DNA from: an uncultured Flavipsychrobacter sp.
Lineage (GTDB): Bacteria > Bacteroidota > Bacteroidia > Chitinophagales > Chitinophagaceae
DNA: 54,198 nt
Direction of reading: 5' to 3'
Assembly (NCBI GenBank): GCA_964576425.1
Contig: CAZNVQ010000002.1
Location: 1 to 54,198, forward strand
How positions within the stretch are numbered: the stretch's first letter is position 1; the number at the start of each line of letters is the position of its first letter. Shown in pieces: positions 19,022-28,882 of this stretch. Under the pieces are notes generated by a model, which was not told where the DNA came from, searched no databases, and saw only the letters and a list, made by a program, of their open reading frames with translations. A program made the position numbers and the translations under genes.

Positions 19022-21013
19022 TCAATTAATCATCACCCAATTAAACCCAAAACGAAAAAGTGCATTTTGTATTGGATAACCAGGGACAGCAATAACATTT
19101 TGATCGACAAAGATTTGTTGTAACTGATCCATCATGAAATAAGCACGGAAACTTTTGATTTTAAAATTAAAAAATGCACCGATTTCAGGAAGATTGTTCA
19201 ACATATATTGATTGGTATAAAAAAAACGATTAAATAAAGGATTATATCCTGCTGATTCGTAAGCAGAATGCCATCTAAAATCCAATCCAGTTGCAATTTT
19301 TAATGCATTTCCAAAAATTCCTGATTCGAAGCTAATTTGGTGTCGTCCTAAAATATTGGGAACATTAATTGGTGCATTATCTTTTTTCCATTGCACAACT
19401 ATTTGATTGTCTAAATTCCATTTTCCCTTTTGCCATTGCTTATTGATTTTCAGTTGAGACAAATTAAATGTCGGTGCATATTGTTTCAATAATTGATTTT
19501 CATTGAGGTAGAAATAGTTTGCGATAAGATAAGTTGTCAATTCAGCACCCATACGCCATTTTACCCAATTTATGGATGCAAAAATAGAAGACATACTTTC
19601 TTTGTCAAATGTATTTCGTTGCTCATAAAATGAGTTTTTAAAAAGAGTAAAATTGTAAGGTGCATTATTTATTTTTTGCTTAACCCCAAAATTTACAAAG
19701 CCTTTGTCATTGCCCAAATCCTTACCAATGCCTATTTCCAACGCAGTGTTTCCAGATGTATTGCCAGTTAAGTATAAAAGAGCTTTCCCTTCATATTGCC
19801 ATTGACCAGGCAACAACGCTTCTTTTTTAAGATTTCCCAAAACATATTGACTCCAACTATCTGATGATTCTTTTGAAGTGATGAAATTTGTTTCAAAAAG
19901 ATCGTAACGCAAACCTGCACCAATACTAAATAACACTTGTTGTTCAATAGCTCCGAGATAACCGTTTAGAGAAATAGATTGATCTAAATAATTCCATGTC
20001 TGCTCCATCATCAATGAATCTCCCGAATAGAAATTATGTTGAAATAATGAAGAATATCGTAAGGAATCGGGCTGAAGGTCTTTAAATTGAAGCTTTTCAG
20101 CATGAACAATCATTTTATGTCCCAAGCCAAAATGAGGTGTAAACTTGTTTGTTATATTGGTAGAATCTGTACTGTAAACAGTATCTCGTTTGCCCCAAGT
20201 ATAATTTTGATTTAAAGCCAATTGAAACTTTCGCTGCATGTTGGTCACTGAAGAACGCCTAATACTATAGTCATCGTTTTGAAAACCAACAGGAATAGTT
20301 GCTCTATCAGAATAATCTTGCTTTGTTAAAAAACTATCGTTTGTAATTCCGCCATTTTCATCATGCTGTAATTTATTGTAAATTAAAGCAGCATTGATTT
20401 TATACTGTTTGTTTGGACTTTCATAGTTTGTTGTAAAATTGGCTATGTCATGGTTATTTCTTTGAATTCGATAATATCCAGTTGATGTTAATCGATAATA
20501 TTGAACGCCAAAATTCCAATTTGGTTTTATGTTTTGAGTATGCACCAACTCAGCTAATTGTTCTGCTTTGCTTCCAAGATGGTAGCCAAACATGGAATAC
20601 GGCCTAGTTGTATTGAAATATTTCAGGCTATCAAGATTATTCAAATAGGTATCAAATACGGTGTATCCTAGACTCGGTCCAGTTCTCTCAGTTGGTTGAA
20701 AAATTAAGTTGACCATTGGAGCACCAAGATTACCCAAATTCCTTTGACCATTTTGATAAAAAACAGATCGATGAAATGCATGCAAACTTGTATCAAGCAT
20801 TAAAATTTTTCGACTATTCCAATGTCTATAAAAAATGCGTGTAGGCTCATCTTTCCAATCGCTGGTATTCGTCTTTTTACTTGTGTCCTTTTGAGGAGCG
20901 TTTTGTAAAGTGATGGGCGCTCCAGGGATATTTTGTTGTGCTTTCGAGGATAGCGACAAAACTAAAGCCAACATCAAAAAACAAAAACGTAGGTATGGAA
21001 AACAAATACTCAT
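19022..21013 (-). CDS. Bacteroidota putative-porin family outer-membrane protein
   Basis: Signal peptide. Blocks resemble the putative porin family (TRPYSMFGYHLGSKAEQLAELVHTQNIKPNWNFGVQYYR). C-terminal beta-barrel-like end RFGFNWVMIN. Confidence 0.65.
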   Translation of the reverse strand: MSICFPYLRFCFLMLALVLSLSSKAQQNIPGAPITLQNAPQKDTSKKTNTSDWKDEPTRIFYRHWNSRKILMLDTSLHAFHRSVFYQNGQRNLGNLGAPMVNLIFQPTERTGPSLGYTVFDTYLNNLDSLKYFNTTRPYSMFGYHLGSKAEQLAELVHTQNIKPNWNFGVQYYRLTSTGYYRIQRNNHDIANFTTNYESPNKQYKINAALIYNKLQHDENGGITNDSFLTKQDYSDRATIPVGFQNDDYSIRRSSVTNMQRKFQLALNQNYTWGKRDTVYSTDSTNITNKFTPHFGLGHKMIVHAEKLQFKDLQPDSLRYSSLFQHNFYSGDSLMMEQTWNYLDQSISLNGYLGAIEQQVLFSIGAGLRYDLFETNFITSKESSDSWSQYVLGNLKKEALLPGQWQYEGKALLYLTGNTSGNTALEIGIGKDLGNDKGFVNFGVKQKINNAPYNFTLFKNSFYEQRNTFDKESMSSIFASINWVKWRMGAELTTYLIANYFYLNENQLLKQYAPTFNLSQLKINKQWQKGKWNLDNQIVVQWKKDNAPINVPNILGRHQISFESGIFGNALKIATGLDFRWHSAYESAGYNPLFNRFFYTNQYMLNNLPEIGAFFNFKIKSFRAYFMMDQLQQIFVDQNVIAVPGYPIQNALFRFGFNWVMIN

Positions 21014-22378
21014 TTAATCTTTAATAATCTTTCGTTCGTATTCATGATTTGGTGTTGTGACTTTTAAAACATAACTCCCTTTACTCAATATGATGGGCAA
21101 AGTTACTGTAATTGGAGATGCTGATTCTACTTCAAAGTTTTTAGCCCAAACTAAACCTCCACGTAAATCATATAAATTTATTTGAACATATCCGGAATCA
21201 TCATTTGATAATAATATTTTCAAGTCTTGGATAAAAGGATTCGGTAAAACTTCAAATTGAACTTTTGATGTATCATCGATTTTCATGGCATCGCTTGCAT
21301 CCAAAACTAATAATCCGCTTTGCATATCGCTTAATAAAATTTTCCCAGAAGGTAAATAAGGATAACATCCCCATGCACCAGCAAATCCCTTAAAACTTGG
21401 AGCAGTATAAGAATCATAGTACCCAACTTTTCTTGGGTGATAAGAATCTGAAATGTCAAAAATTTGAAGTCCATCAAAATAGTAAGAAACTAATGCAAAA
21501 TTGTTTTTCAAGTAAGGATTATGAGGAATACTGTTAGAGTCTTGCTCGTTAGCAAAAGTGGTACTAATTACTTGAGGGTTTTCAAAATTTCTTAGATCAA
21601 TAATTTTCAAAGGAGAGCCATGAGTTTCATCAGCCATGATTCCAATTAAATCTTTCCCTACCCAACTTGAATGATTATAACCTTGATATGGGTAAAATTT
21701 CAATTCCGCTAGTTTTTGAAAATTAGCATTATGTTGTTTGAAATCAATGACTTCGTATCCATATGTTGAGGATGAGCAATAAGCTGTATCATTACGTACA
21801 TACAAATCATGAACGGGTGCTACGCCATAATAGGAAAACAATAAATTGGGAGCATCAGGTTGTTGTAAAGAAAAAAGCTGCATGCTATGACTTCCTAAGC
21901 TTGAACTTTTAACCATGCAAGCATATAGAATTTGAGTGGCTGTGTCGATAAAAATATTTCTGCTTAGATAAAATCCTTGGCTTGGATATTCATAAACCAA
22001 ATGAATGGAATCGGGCAAATAACTTAAATCGAAAACTTGCAATTTTGCCAAACCTTCTTCACCAACTGCATATAAATATTGTCTAAAAACTTTATAATCT
22101 CGGTGCACAATTGTTGTCCCAGTTGCATTTCCAGGTTGAAAAGCTACTTGCTTCAAGCTTTGAACATCAATAATGTGAACGCCTTCAGTGGAGCCAATTG
22201 CAGCATATTCCTTGTTGTTCCAAACAAAACCCCAAACATCGTTGTAACGCTGATTAAGTGCATTTACACGAATATTTGTTGTGTCGTTCCATTGACCTAT
22301 AAGTTTCACATTCAAAGCTTGTTGAGCCATTGAATCAAAACTTAATAGACAAATGAAAAACAACAAAAAAAATCTCAT
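21014..22378 (-). CDS. LVIVD-repeat / choice-of-anchor-B-like beta-propeller protein with T9SS type-A CTD
   Basis: Signal peptide MRFFLLFFICLLSFDSMAQ. NDVWGFVWNNKEYAAIGSTEGVHIIDV-type repeats. C-terminal VLPNPFIQDLKILL...GSYVLKVTT sorting domain. TAAATG junction with the next gene. Confidence 0.6.
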   Translation of the reverse strand: MRFFLLFFICLLSFDSMAQQALNVKLIGQWNDTTNIRVNALNQRYNDVWGFVWNNKEYAAIGSTEGVHIIDVQSLKQVAFQPGNATGTTIVHRDYKVFRQYLYAVGEEGLAKLQVFDLSYLPDSIHLVYEYPSQGFYLSRNIFIDTATQILYACMVKSSSLGSHSMQLFSLQQPDAPNLLFSYYGVAPVHDLYVRNDTAYCSSSTYGYEVIDFKQHNANFQKLAELKFYPYQGYNHSSWVGKDLIGIMADETHGSPLKIIDLRNFENPQVISTTFANEQDSNSIPHNPYLKNNFALVSYYFDGLQIFDISDSYHPRKVGYYDSYTAPSFKGFAGAWGCYPYLPSGKILLSDMQSGLLVLDASDAMKIDDTSKVQFEVLPNPFIQDLKILLSNDDSGYVQINLYDLRGGLVWAKNFEVESASPITVTLPIILSKGSYVLKVTTPNHEYERKIIKD

Positions 22379-22388
22379 TTTTTCATGT

Positions 22389-22432
22389 AAAAAAAATAGT
22401 TGAACAAAAACAATATAAAGTCTTGTTCAACT
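22389..22432 (-). terminator. Rho-independent terminator after the PNP gene
   Basis: Minus-strand stem AGTTGAACAA / TTGTTCAACT followed by ATTTTTTTT. Confidence 0.55.
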
Positions 22433-22446
22433 AAATTAAAAATTCA

Positions 22447-23265
22447 TTATAGCGAAGCCACTAAATCTGCAACTAAACCTGCTAGTAATGGTGCTGCTGC
22501 ATTGGCAGCTTCAAGAACTTCTTCATGTGAAATGATATTCAACTCTTCACGAATGCCCAAATCAGTTACAACACTAGCTGCAAAAACTTTCATGCCACCA
22601 TGTAGAGCAACTATAACTTCTGGCACGGTACTCATCCCCACTACATCGCCACCAATAATATGTAGCCACTTATATTCTGCCCTAGTTTCGAAAGTGGGTC
22701 CTTGTAAGCCAACATAAACACCAGTATGTACTTTCAAAGATTTTTGAAGTGCTATTGCTTGAGCTTTTTCAATTAATGATTTATCATAAGGTTCACTCAT
22801 GTCCAAAAAACGAACACCTAATCGATTGTCATTTTTCCCTCTCAAAGGGTGTTCTGGAAATAAATTAATATGGTCATGAATAATCACTAAATCACCAACT
22901 TTATAATCCTTATTCATTCCTCCAGCAGCTTTTGACACACATAAAGTTTGAACACCTATGGCTTGCATTACACGAACTGGAAATGTTACTTCCTGCATGT
23001 TGTAGCCTTCATAATAGTGAAAACGACCTGCCATCATAACAACTTCTTTGCCTCCTAAAAGTCCAAAAACAAGCTTACCCGCATGACCTTCTACCGTGCT
23101 AACCGGGAAATTAGGAATGTCTTTATATGAAATTTCATGATGTATTTCAACTGCGTCGATTAATCCTCCAAGTCCGCTGCCTAATATGATGCCAACGGTT
23201 GGTTTTGTTGTTACTTTAGATTGGATGAATTGCGCTGTTTCTTGTACTTGCTCGAAAATGCCCAT
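22447..23265 (-). CDS. Purine nucleoside phosphorylase (inosine/guanosine type)
   Basis: ATG at 23265 (MGIFEQVQETAQFIQ). Blocks GIILGSGLGG, STVEGHAGKLVFG, GRFHYYEGY, GPTFETRAEY, GMSTVPEV. Confidence 0.9.
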   Translation of the reverse strand: MGIFEQVQETAQFIQSKVTTKPTVGIILGSGLGGLIDAVEIHHEISYKDIPNFPVSTVEGHAGKLVFGLLGGKEVVMMAGRFHYYEGYNMQEVTFPVRVMQAIGVQTLCVSKAAGGMNKDYKVGDLVIIHDHINLFPEHPLRGKNDNRLGVRFLDMSEPYDKSLIEKAQAIALQKSLKVHTGVYVGLQGPTFETRAEYKWLHIIGGDVVGMSTVPEVIVALHGGMKVFAASVVTDLGIREELNIISHEEVLEAANAAAPLLAGLVADLVASL

Positions 23266-23412
23266 TGTTTTATTATAATTATTAACGTAAAGGTAATTAG
23301 TAATAGACAAATGGTTTTAGCTTTAGTAGTATTTCCTTCAGTCTTGTTTTGAGCAAAGCATGTACCTTGTGTATTATTTTTAATCTCAACAAAATAAAGT
23401 TTTATTTTTTAT

Positions 23413-24300
23413 ATGTCAAAGCAGACCAAAGCCTATCTAGCATTAATATTTATTTGCATTGTTTGGGGCACAACTTACTTGGTTATTAGAATTGGTGTAC
23501 TTCATTTTCCAGCATTTTTGTTTGCTGGCATTCGTCAATTAGCTAGTGGTATTATTGTGCTTTTGGCTGGGTATTTTAATAATAAAAAAATTGATTTATC
23601 TAGAAGTAATTTGTTGCATCAATTACTTGTAGGTTTTATGCTAATCACAGTTGGAAATGGTTTGGTTTCTTGGGGTGAAATGCACATTCCGAGCGGCATT
23701 GCGGCGTTAATTTGCTCCTTGATGCCCATGATTGCAGTTCTTTTTAATCTTGCAACTAATAAAAAAGATCATTTTAATTGGTGGATTGGAATAGGCATTT
23801 TTTTAGGCTTCACTGGTGTAGCATTGATTTTCAAGGATGATCTTCACGGCTTTACGAATAGTAAATATCTTTTAGGAATCATCGCTACTTTCATCGCCAC
23901 TTCAAGTTGGGCAATTGGCAGTATTATCAACAAAAGAAAAACAAATATAATAAATCCCCTATTCAACTCAGGTTTACAAGTATGTTTTGGTGGTATTTTA
24001 TTATTTGTCTTTAGTCCTTTTATGGACAATTATGCTAATTTAAATGTTTTTCATAAAGATGTTGTTTATTCATTATTGTATTTGATTGTTTTTGGTTCTG
24101 TTCTTGCATACACTGCATACATGTATGCCTTGAAAGAACTTCCAGTTGGCATAGTTACGATGTATGCTTATGTTAATCCATTGGTCGCAGTTGTTTTAGG
24201 CTATTTTTTATTGAAAGAACCATTTACGATTTATACAATTATTTCTTTTATCTGTATTTTATCAGGAGTTTTTTATGTGAATAGAGGCTATAAAAAATAA
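23413..24300 (+). CDS. EamA/DMT-family transporter
   Basis: About 10 TM segments in two EamA-like halves; 295 aa. Confidence 0.85.
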   Translation: MSKQTKAYLALIFICIVWGTTYLVIRIGVLHFPAFLFAGIRQLASGIIVLLAGYFNNKKIDLSRSNLLHQLLVGFMLITVGNGLVSWGEMHIPSGIAALICSLMPMIAVLFNLATNKKDHFNWWIGIGIFLGFTGVALIFKDDLHGFTNSKYLLGIIATFIATSSWAIGSIINKRKTNIINPLFNSGLQVCFGGILLFVFSPFMDNYANLNVFHKDVVYSLLYLIVFGSVLAYTAYMYALKELPVGIVTMYAYVNPLVAVVLGYFLLKEPFTIYTIISFICILSGVFYVNRGYKK

Positions 24301-24331
24301 AGCCCACTCAATTTCAATGAATGGGCTTTAA
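24297..24331. terminator. Hairpin between convergent genes (probable bidirectional terminator)
   Basis: AGCCCACTCA-loop-TGAATGGGCT (one mismatch) flanked by an A-run and T-rich sequence. Confidence 0.45.
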
Positions 24332-24348
24332 GGTTTATTTATTGAGAA

Positions 24349-27300
24349 TTATTGTTTCATTAATCGAATAGAACCTTTACGACCATAATTGTCCACAAAT
24401 TGCAGCAAATAAATGCCATTATTCATGGAACTAAAATCAATTGATGTTTCAGTATTATTGCTCATTTCATATTGACCAGAGACTCTTCCAAGAGCATCAA
24501 ACAGGGTGAAATGCAAGGTTTGTAATCCGCTATTAGATTTTATAGTCATCAATCCATTTGATGGATTTGGAACAACGGTAATAAATACATCAATAGAAAT
24601 ATCATTGATTCCAACTTGTGTAACCGCTTTGTTTGCAGAGCTTCCAGGACAACTGAAACCATCAGTTACTACAACTCTGTAAATGCCATTTTTATCAGCA
24701 ACTATACTTTTGCCATTTGCACCAGTAATCGGTGCACCGTTGTAATACCACTGATAAGTACTGAAATCACTAGTTGATAACGTCAATCCTACTTGAGTAA
24801 TAACAGGAACAGGTGAAGGCAATACATTGGCGTTATAGGCAATTGAATTTGCAGAACAATTAAATTGATTCTTAACTTTTACGTAATAACTACCACTTGA
24901 ATTTGCAGTGTATGAAATATTGGTAGCTCCAATTATTGGGTTTGATGAGTTATACCATTGATAGTTTAATTCACTTCCAGTATTTGCAGTAAAGCTAATC
25001 GTAAACCCTTGACAGAAATTTGTTGGTCCACTTACTGATGTGATACTCGCTGTTGGATTGGGATTAACATACACTGGAATCGGAGTTGATGTTGCAGAGC
25101 AATTGTACATATTGGTAATTTGGACATTATAGTTACCAGCTGATTGTGCAATGTAACTAGAATTTGTAGCTGTTGCAATTGGTGTTCCGCCGTTGAACCA
25201 TTGATACTGGTTTCCTGTTGTTCCTGGAGTGTAGAAAGTTACCGTTGAACCGGAACAAATACTTGTGCTTCCTGTCGCTTGAACATTGGTAGAAGGCAAA
25301 GGATAAACTGTTACTAATTTTGCTACAGATAATTTTGAACAAGTATTAGAATCTGTAATTTGAACTGCATTAGTTCCTGGTGTGCCAACAGTGAATGTGC
25401 TTGCAGTTGCTCCAACTAGTGGATTAGAACCATCAAACCATTGATAGCTAAACCCTGTACCAGTGTTAGCATTTAAGGTTACAGTACCACCTTGACAAAA
25501 GTTTGGATTCCCAGGATTGGTAATTGCCGCTGTTGGTAATGGTTTTACAGTGACAACCAAAGGAGATGAAATATTGTTGCAATTATTAGTATTGGTTACT
25601 TGAACTGAGTAACTTCCGGCATTCGATGCTGAGAAACTTGATGTTGTTGCCCCAGAAATATTATTACCATTTAAACGCCATTGATAAGTTAAACCAGTTC
25701 CTGTATTTGCATTTAACACAACTGAATTTCCAGAGCAAATTGTTAGAGATGAACTATTTGAAATTGTTGAAGTTGGTAAAGGATTTACAGTTACTGATTG
25801 TGCTGAAGAAACCGCACTACAGTTGCTTGAGTTGGTTACTTGCAATGTATAATTTCCTGATACGTTTGCCGTATAACTTGGATTTGTTGCTCCAGTAACA
25901 TTTGATCCATTTAACAACCATTGATAGGTTAATCCTGTTCCAGTATTTCCATTTAATATAACACTACTACCTGCACAGAAAGTTGTAGTACTTGCAGGAG
26001 TAATAGTAGATGTAGGAAGCGTATTCACAACAACAACTTGAGCAGTTGAAGTAGATGGGCAATTAAAACTATTGTTTACTTGAACAGTATAACTTCCAGC
26101 TGCGTTTGCTAAATAGCTTGAATTTGTAGCTCCAGTAATATTAATATTATTGTTTTTCCATTGATAGGTTATCCCAGTTCCTGTTGGAGCAGCTAATGTT
26201 ACACTTCCTCCAGTACACAAATTCAATGAGCCAGAAGGTGTTACAGTGCTTGATGCTACTGGGTTTGCAGTCACAACTTGTGTATTGGAATTTGAAGAAC
26301 AATTGTTAGTATTCGTTACTACAAAAGTGTACGAACCTGTTGTAGTGGCTGTGTAACTAGCTGTTGTTGCACCTGTAATGTTATTACCATTCAATTTCCA
26401 TTGATAGGTTAATCCTGTTCCAGTATTAGCATTCATTACGACACTACCGCCAGTACAGAATGTAGATGTACCCACAGGGGTGATTGTTGCCGTAGGTAAT
26501 GGAGTTACTGTTACAGCTTCAGCAGTTGAGGTCGCCGTACAATTAGTGCTGTTTGTAATTGCTACCGTGTACGAACCTGTTGTCGTGGCTGTGTAACTAG
26601 CTGTTGTTGCACCTATAATGTTATTACCATTCAATTTCCATTGATAGGTTAATCCTGTTCCAGTATTTCCATTTAATATAACACTACTACCTGCACAGAA
26701 AGTTGTAGTACTTGCAGGAGTAATAGTAGATGTAGGAAGCGTATTCACAACAACAACTTGAGCAGTTGAAGTAGATGGGCAATTAAAACTATTGTTTACT
26801 TGAACAGTATAACTTCCAGCTGCGTTCGCTAAATAACTTGAATTTGTTGCTCCAGTAATATTAATATTATTATTTTTCCATTGATAGGTTATCCCAGTTC
26901 CTATTGGAGCAGCTAATGTTACACTTCCTCCAGTACACAAATTCAATGAACCAGAAGGTGTTACAGTGCTTGAAGCCACAGGGTTTGCAGTCACAACTTG
27001 AGCAGTTGAAGTAGTTGTACAATTATTAGCATTCGTTGTTTGATAAGTATAGCTTCCTGAATTAGTTGCGCTGTAACTTGATGTTGTAGCTCCAGAAATG
27101 TTACTGCCATTCAACTGCCATTGATATGTCAAACCAGTTCCAGTATTTCCATTTAAAGTAACGCTTCCTCCTGAACAAAAAGTTGTTGAACCTGATGCAG
27201 TAGTAGTTGCAATGGGTGATGGATTTACAGTCACTACTTGTGCTGTTGATGTACTATTACAAGTTGGTTGACTAATGATGCCTGCATAAACAGTATAACT

Positions 27301-28011
27301 TCCTGAAGTCGTAACCGTATAACTAGATGTTGTTGCACCGGAGATGTTTACATTATTCAACTTCCATTGATAAGTCATACCAGGACCAGGATTTGTTGAA
27401 AGTACGACATTACTTCCTGAACAAATTGTTGTTGGACCATTTGCAGTTATAGTATTTGATAAAGTACCAACTGTAACAGCTTGTGCAGCAGAAGTGACTG
27501 TACAAGTACCCAATGTAGTTTGTAAAGTATAATTTCCACTTGTAGTGACAGTATAGTTTGTATTTGTCGCCCCACTTACATTTATATTATTATTCTTCCA
27601 TTGGTAAGTATACCCTGTTCCAGAAGAACCTGTTAAAACAACACTTCCACCGGCACAAAATGAAGTGGAACTTTGTGGCGTAATAGTTGCTGTTGGAGTT
27701 GTATTTACAGTAACTACAATTGTATTTGAAGTTGCCGTACATGGAGAATTGTTGGTTACAACAGCAGTGTAACTACCGGATGTTGTTGCAGAATAAACTT
27801 GATTCGTAGCCCCTGATATTGGATTTCCGTTTAATCTCCATTCATAGGTTAAGCCGGAACCTGCCATTGTTGCTGTCAAATTAACACTACCTCCACTACA
27901 AAAAGTTGTAGAACCTCCAGCGCTAATTGAGGCAGTACAAAGCGCTTTTGCGACAAAATTGGAAAAAATAGCAATTAAAAAAAGTGCTAAAGTCTGTAGT
28001 ACTTTATTCAT
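24349..28011 (-). CDS. 1220-aa surface protein: signal peptide, about 13 tandem ~80-aa Cys-containing Ig-like repeats, T9SS type-A CTD
   Basis: Repeat consensus TxTPxGxTxFCxGGSVxLxAxxGTGLTYQWxLNGxxIxGATxxSYTAxxxGSYTVxVTNxxxC. C-terminal VVPNPSNGLMTIKS...NGIYLLQF sorting domain. Confidence 0.9.
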   Translation of the reverse strand: MNKVLQTLALFLIAIFSNFVAKALCTASISAGGSTTFCSGGSVNLTATMAGSGLTYEWRLNGNPISGATNQVYSATTSGSYTAVVTNNSPCTATSNTIVVTVNTTPTATITPQSSTSFCAGGSVVLTGSSGTGYTYQWKNNNINVSGATNTNYTVTTSGNYTLQTTLGTCTVTSAAQAVTVGTLSNTITANGPTTICSGSNVVLSTNPGPGMTYQWKLNNVNISGATTSSYTVTTSGSYTVYAGIISQPTCNSTSTAQVVTVNPSPIATTTASGSTTFCSGGSVTLNGNTGTGLTYQWQLNGSNISGATTSSYSATNSGSYTYQTTNANNCTTTSTAQVVTANPVASSTVTPSGSLNLCTGGSVTLAAPIGTGITYQWKNNNINITGATNSSYLANAAGSYTVQVNNSFNCPSTSTAQVVVVNTLPTSTITPASTTTFCAGSSVILNGNTGTGLTYQWKLNGNNIIGATTASYTATTTGSYTVAITNSTNCTATSTAEAVTVTPLPTATITPVGTSTFCTGGSVVMNANTGTGLTYQWKLNGNNITGATTASYTATTTGSYTFVVTNTNNCSSNSNTQVVTANPVASSTVTPSGSLNLCTGGSVTLAAPTGTGITYQWKNNNINITGATNSSYLANAAGSYTVQVNNSFNCPSTSTAQVVVVNTLPTSTITPASTTTFCAGSSVILNGNTGTGLTYQWLLNGSNVTGATNPSYTANVSGNYTLQVTNSSNCSAVSSAQSVTVNPLPTSTISNSSSLTICSGNSVVLNANTGTGLTYQWRLNGNNISGATTSSFSASNAGSYSVQVTNTNNCNNISSPLVVTVKPLPTAAITNPGNPNFCQGGTVTLNANTGTGFSYQWFDGSNPLVGATASTFTVGTPGTNAVQITDSNTCSKLSVAKLVTVYPLPSTNVQATGSTSICSGSTVTFYTPGTTGNQYQWFNGGTPIATATNSSYIAQSAGNYNVQITNMYNCSATSTPIPVYVNPNPTASITSVSGPTNFCQGFTISFTANTGSELNYQWYNSSNPIIGATNISYTANSSGSYYVKVKNQFNCSANSIAYNANVLPSPVPVITQVGLTLSTSDFSTYQWYYNGAPITGANGKSIVADKNGIYRVVVTDGFSCPGSSANKAVTQVGINDISIDVFITVVPNPSNGLMTIKSNSGLQTLHFTLFDALGRVSGQYEMSNNTETSIDFSSMNNGIYLLQFVDNYGRKGSIRLMKQ
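25918..26280 (-). repeat. Copy A of a 363-nt near-identical intragenic duplication (partner 26638..27000, offset exactly 720 nt)
   Basis: By-eye alignment: 25918..26100 is identical to 26638..26820. About 9 mismatches over 363 nt in total. Confidence 0.9.
26638..27000 (-). repeat. Copy B of the 363-nt near-identical intragenic duplication
   Basis: See copy A. Protein segments of 117 aa differ at one residue (I/T). Confidence 0.9.
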
Positions 28012-28174
28012 AGAAAGTTTATTTTTTTATATTTTATTTACCTTATTTTAATTTAATATTCATACAATGATAGCGATTTTAATTAAAAAAAGGGAAAATG
28101 ACATTTATTTAAAACATTCAAATTTGTAGTAATGAACACACAAAGAATCAAACCAAATCTTGTTTCTTTGCATT

Positions 28175-28879
28175 ATGTCCTCAAATGGTTCTATTTATCT
28201 AATTCCAATTCCAATTGCAGAAAACAGCAACATCTTTTTGCCTCCCAATATCGCCTCAACATTAAATGAAATAAAATATTACGTAGTTGAAAATATCCGC
28301 ACTGCAAGACGTTTCATCAAATCAATAATTCCTGAAATGGTAATTGAAAATTTGAATTTTATTGAAATTAATAAACATGAAGAAACGGATCTACAACAAA
28401 TAAAAAGATGGATAAAACAAGGGGAAACTATTGGATTGATGAGTGAAGCTGGTTGTCCAGGCATAGCAGATCCAGGCGCCGAAATTGTTGCCCTCGCTCA
28501 AAAAATGAATGTGAAAGTAATCCCGCTTGTTGGACCAAATTCAATTATTCTAGCACTTATGGCTTCAGGTTTAAATGGGCAAAGCTTTTGCTTCAATGGT
28601 TATTTGCCAATAAAAGATCAAGCTCGTTCGCAAAAATTAAAACAACTTGAACAACTTTCTAAAAAGGAAAACCAAACACAACTTTTCATTGAAACACCGT
28701 ACCGAAACAATCAGTTGCTTCAAGATTTAATAAAAAATTGCAGTCCTCAAACAAGAGTTTGTATTGCGCAAAACATTACAGGAGAACATGAATGGATAAA
28801 AACAAAAACAGTTGAGGAATGGGTAAAATCTATACCCGTTCTAGCAAAAGAACCAACGGTATTCTTATTACTTGCTTAA
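28175..28879 (+). CDS. Tetrapyrrole-methylase-fold SAM-dependent methyltransferase (RsmI-like family)
   Basis: ATG 28175 (MSSNGSIYLIPIPI). SEAGCPGIADPGAEIV and VGPNSIILALMASGL blocks. Confidence 0.75.
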   Translation: MSSNGSIYLIPIPIAENSNIFLPPNIASTLNEIKYYVVENIRTARRFIKSIIPEMVIENLNFIEINKHEETDLQQIKRWIKQGETIGLMSEAGCPGIADPGAEIVALAQKMNVKVIPLVGPNSIILALMASGLNGQSFCFNGYLPIKDQARSQKLKQLEQLSKKENQTQLFIETPYRNNQLLQDLIKNCSPQTRVCIAQNITGEHEWIKTKTVEEWVKSIPVLAKEPTVFLLLA

Positions 28880-28882
28880 TAG

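Larger units (their letters stand above)
24756..27939 (-). repeat. Tandem in-frame array, period about 240 nt (Ig-like modules)
   Basis: Recurrent CCATTGATAGGTTAA/TCC.. blocks every about 240 nt; corresponds to the (T/S)YQW motifs. Confidence 0.85.

Noticed and set aside
24349-28011. Regular ~240-nt periodicity that could look like a CRISPR or satellite array
   Set aside because: The repeats are in frame within one long ORF, encode Ig-like protein modules, and have no short unique spacers or adjacent cas genes.
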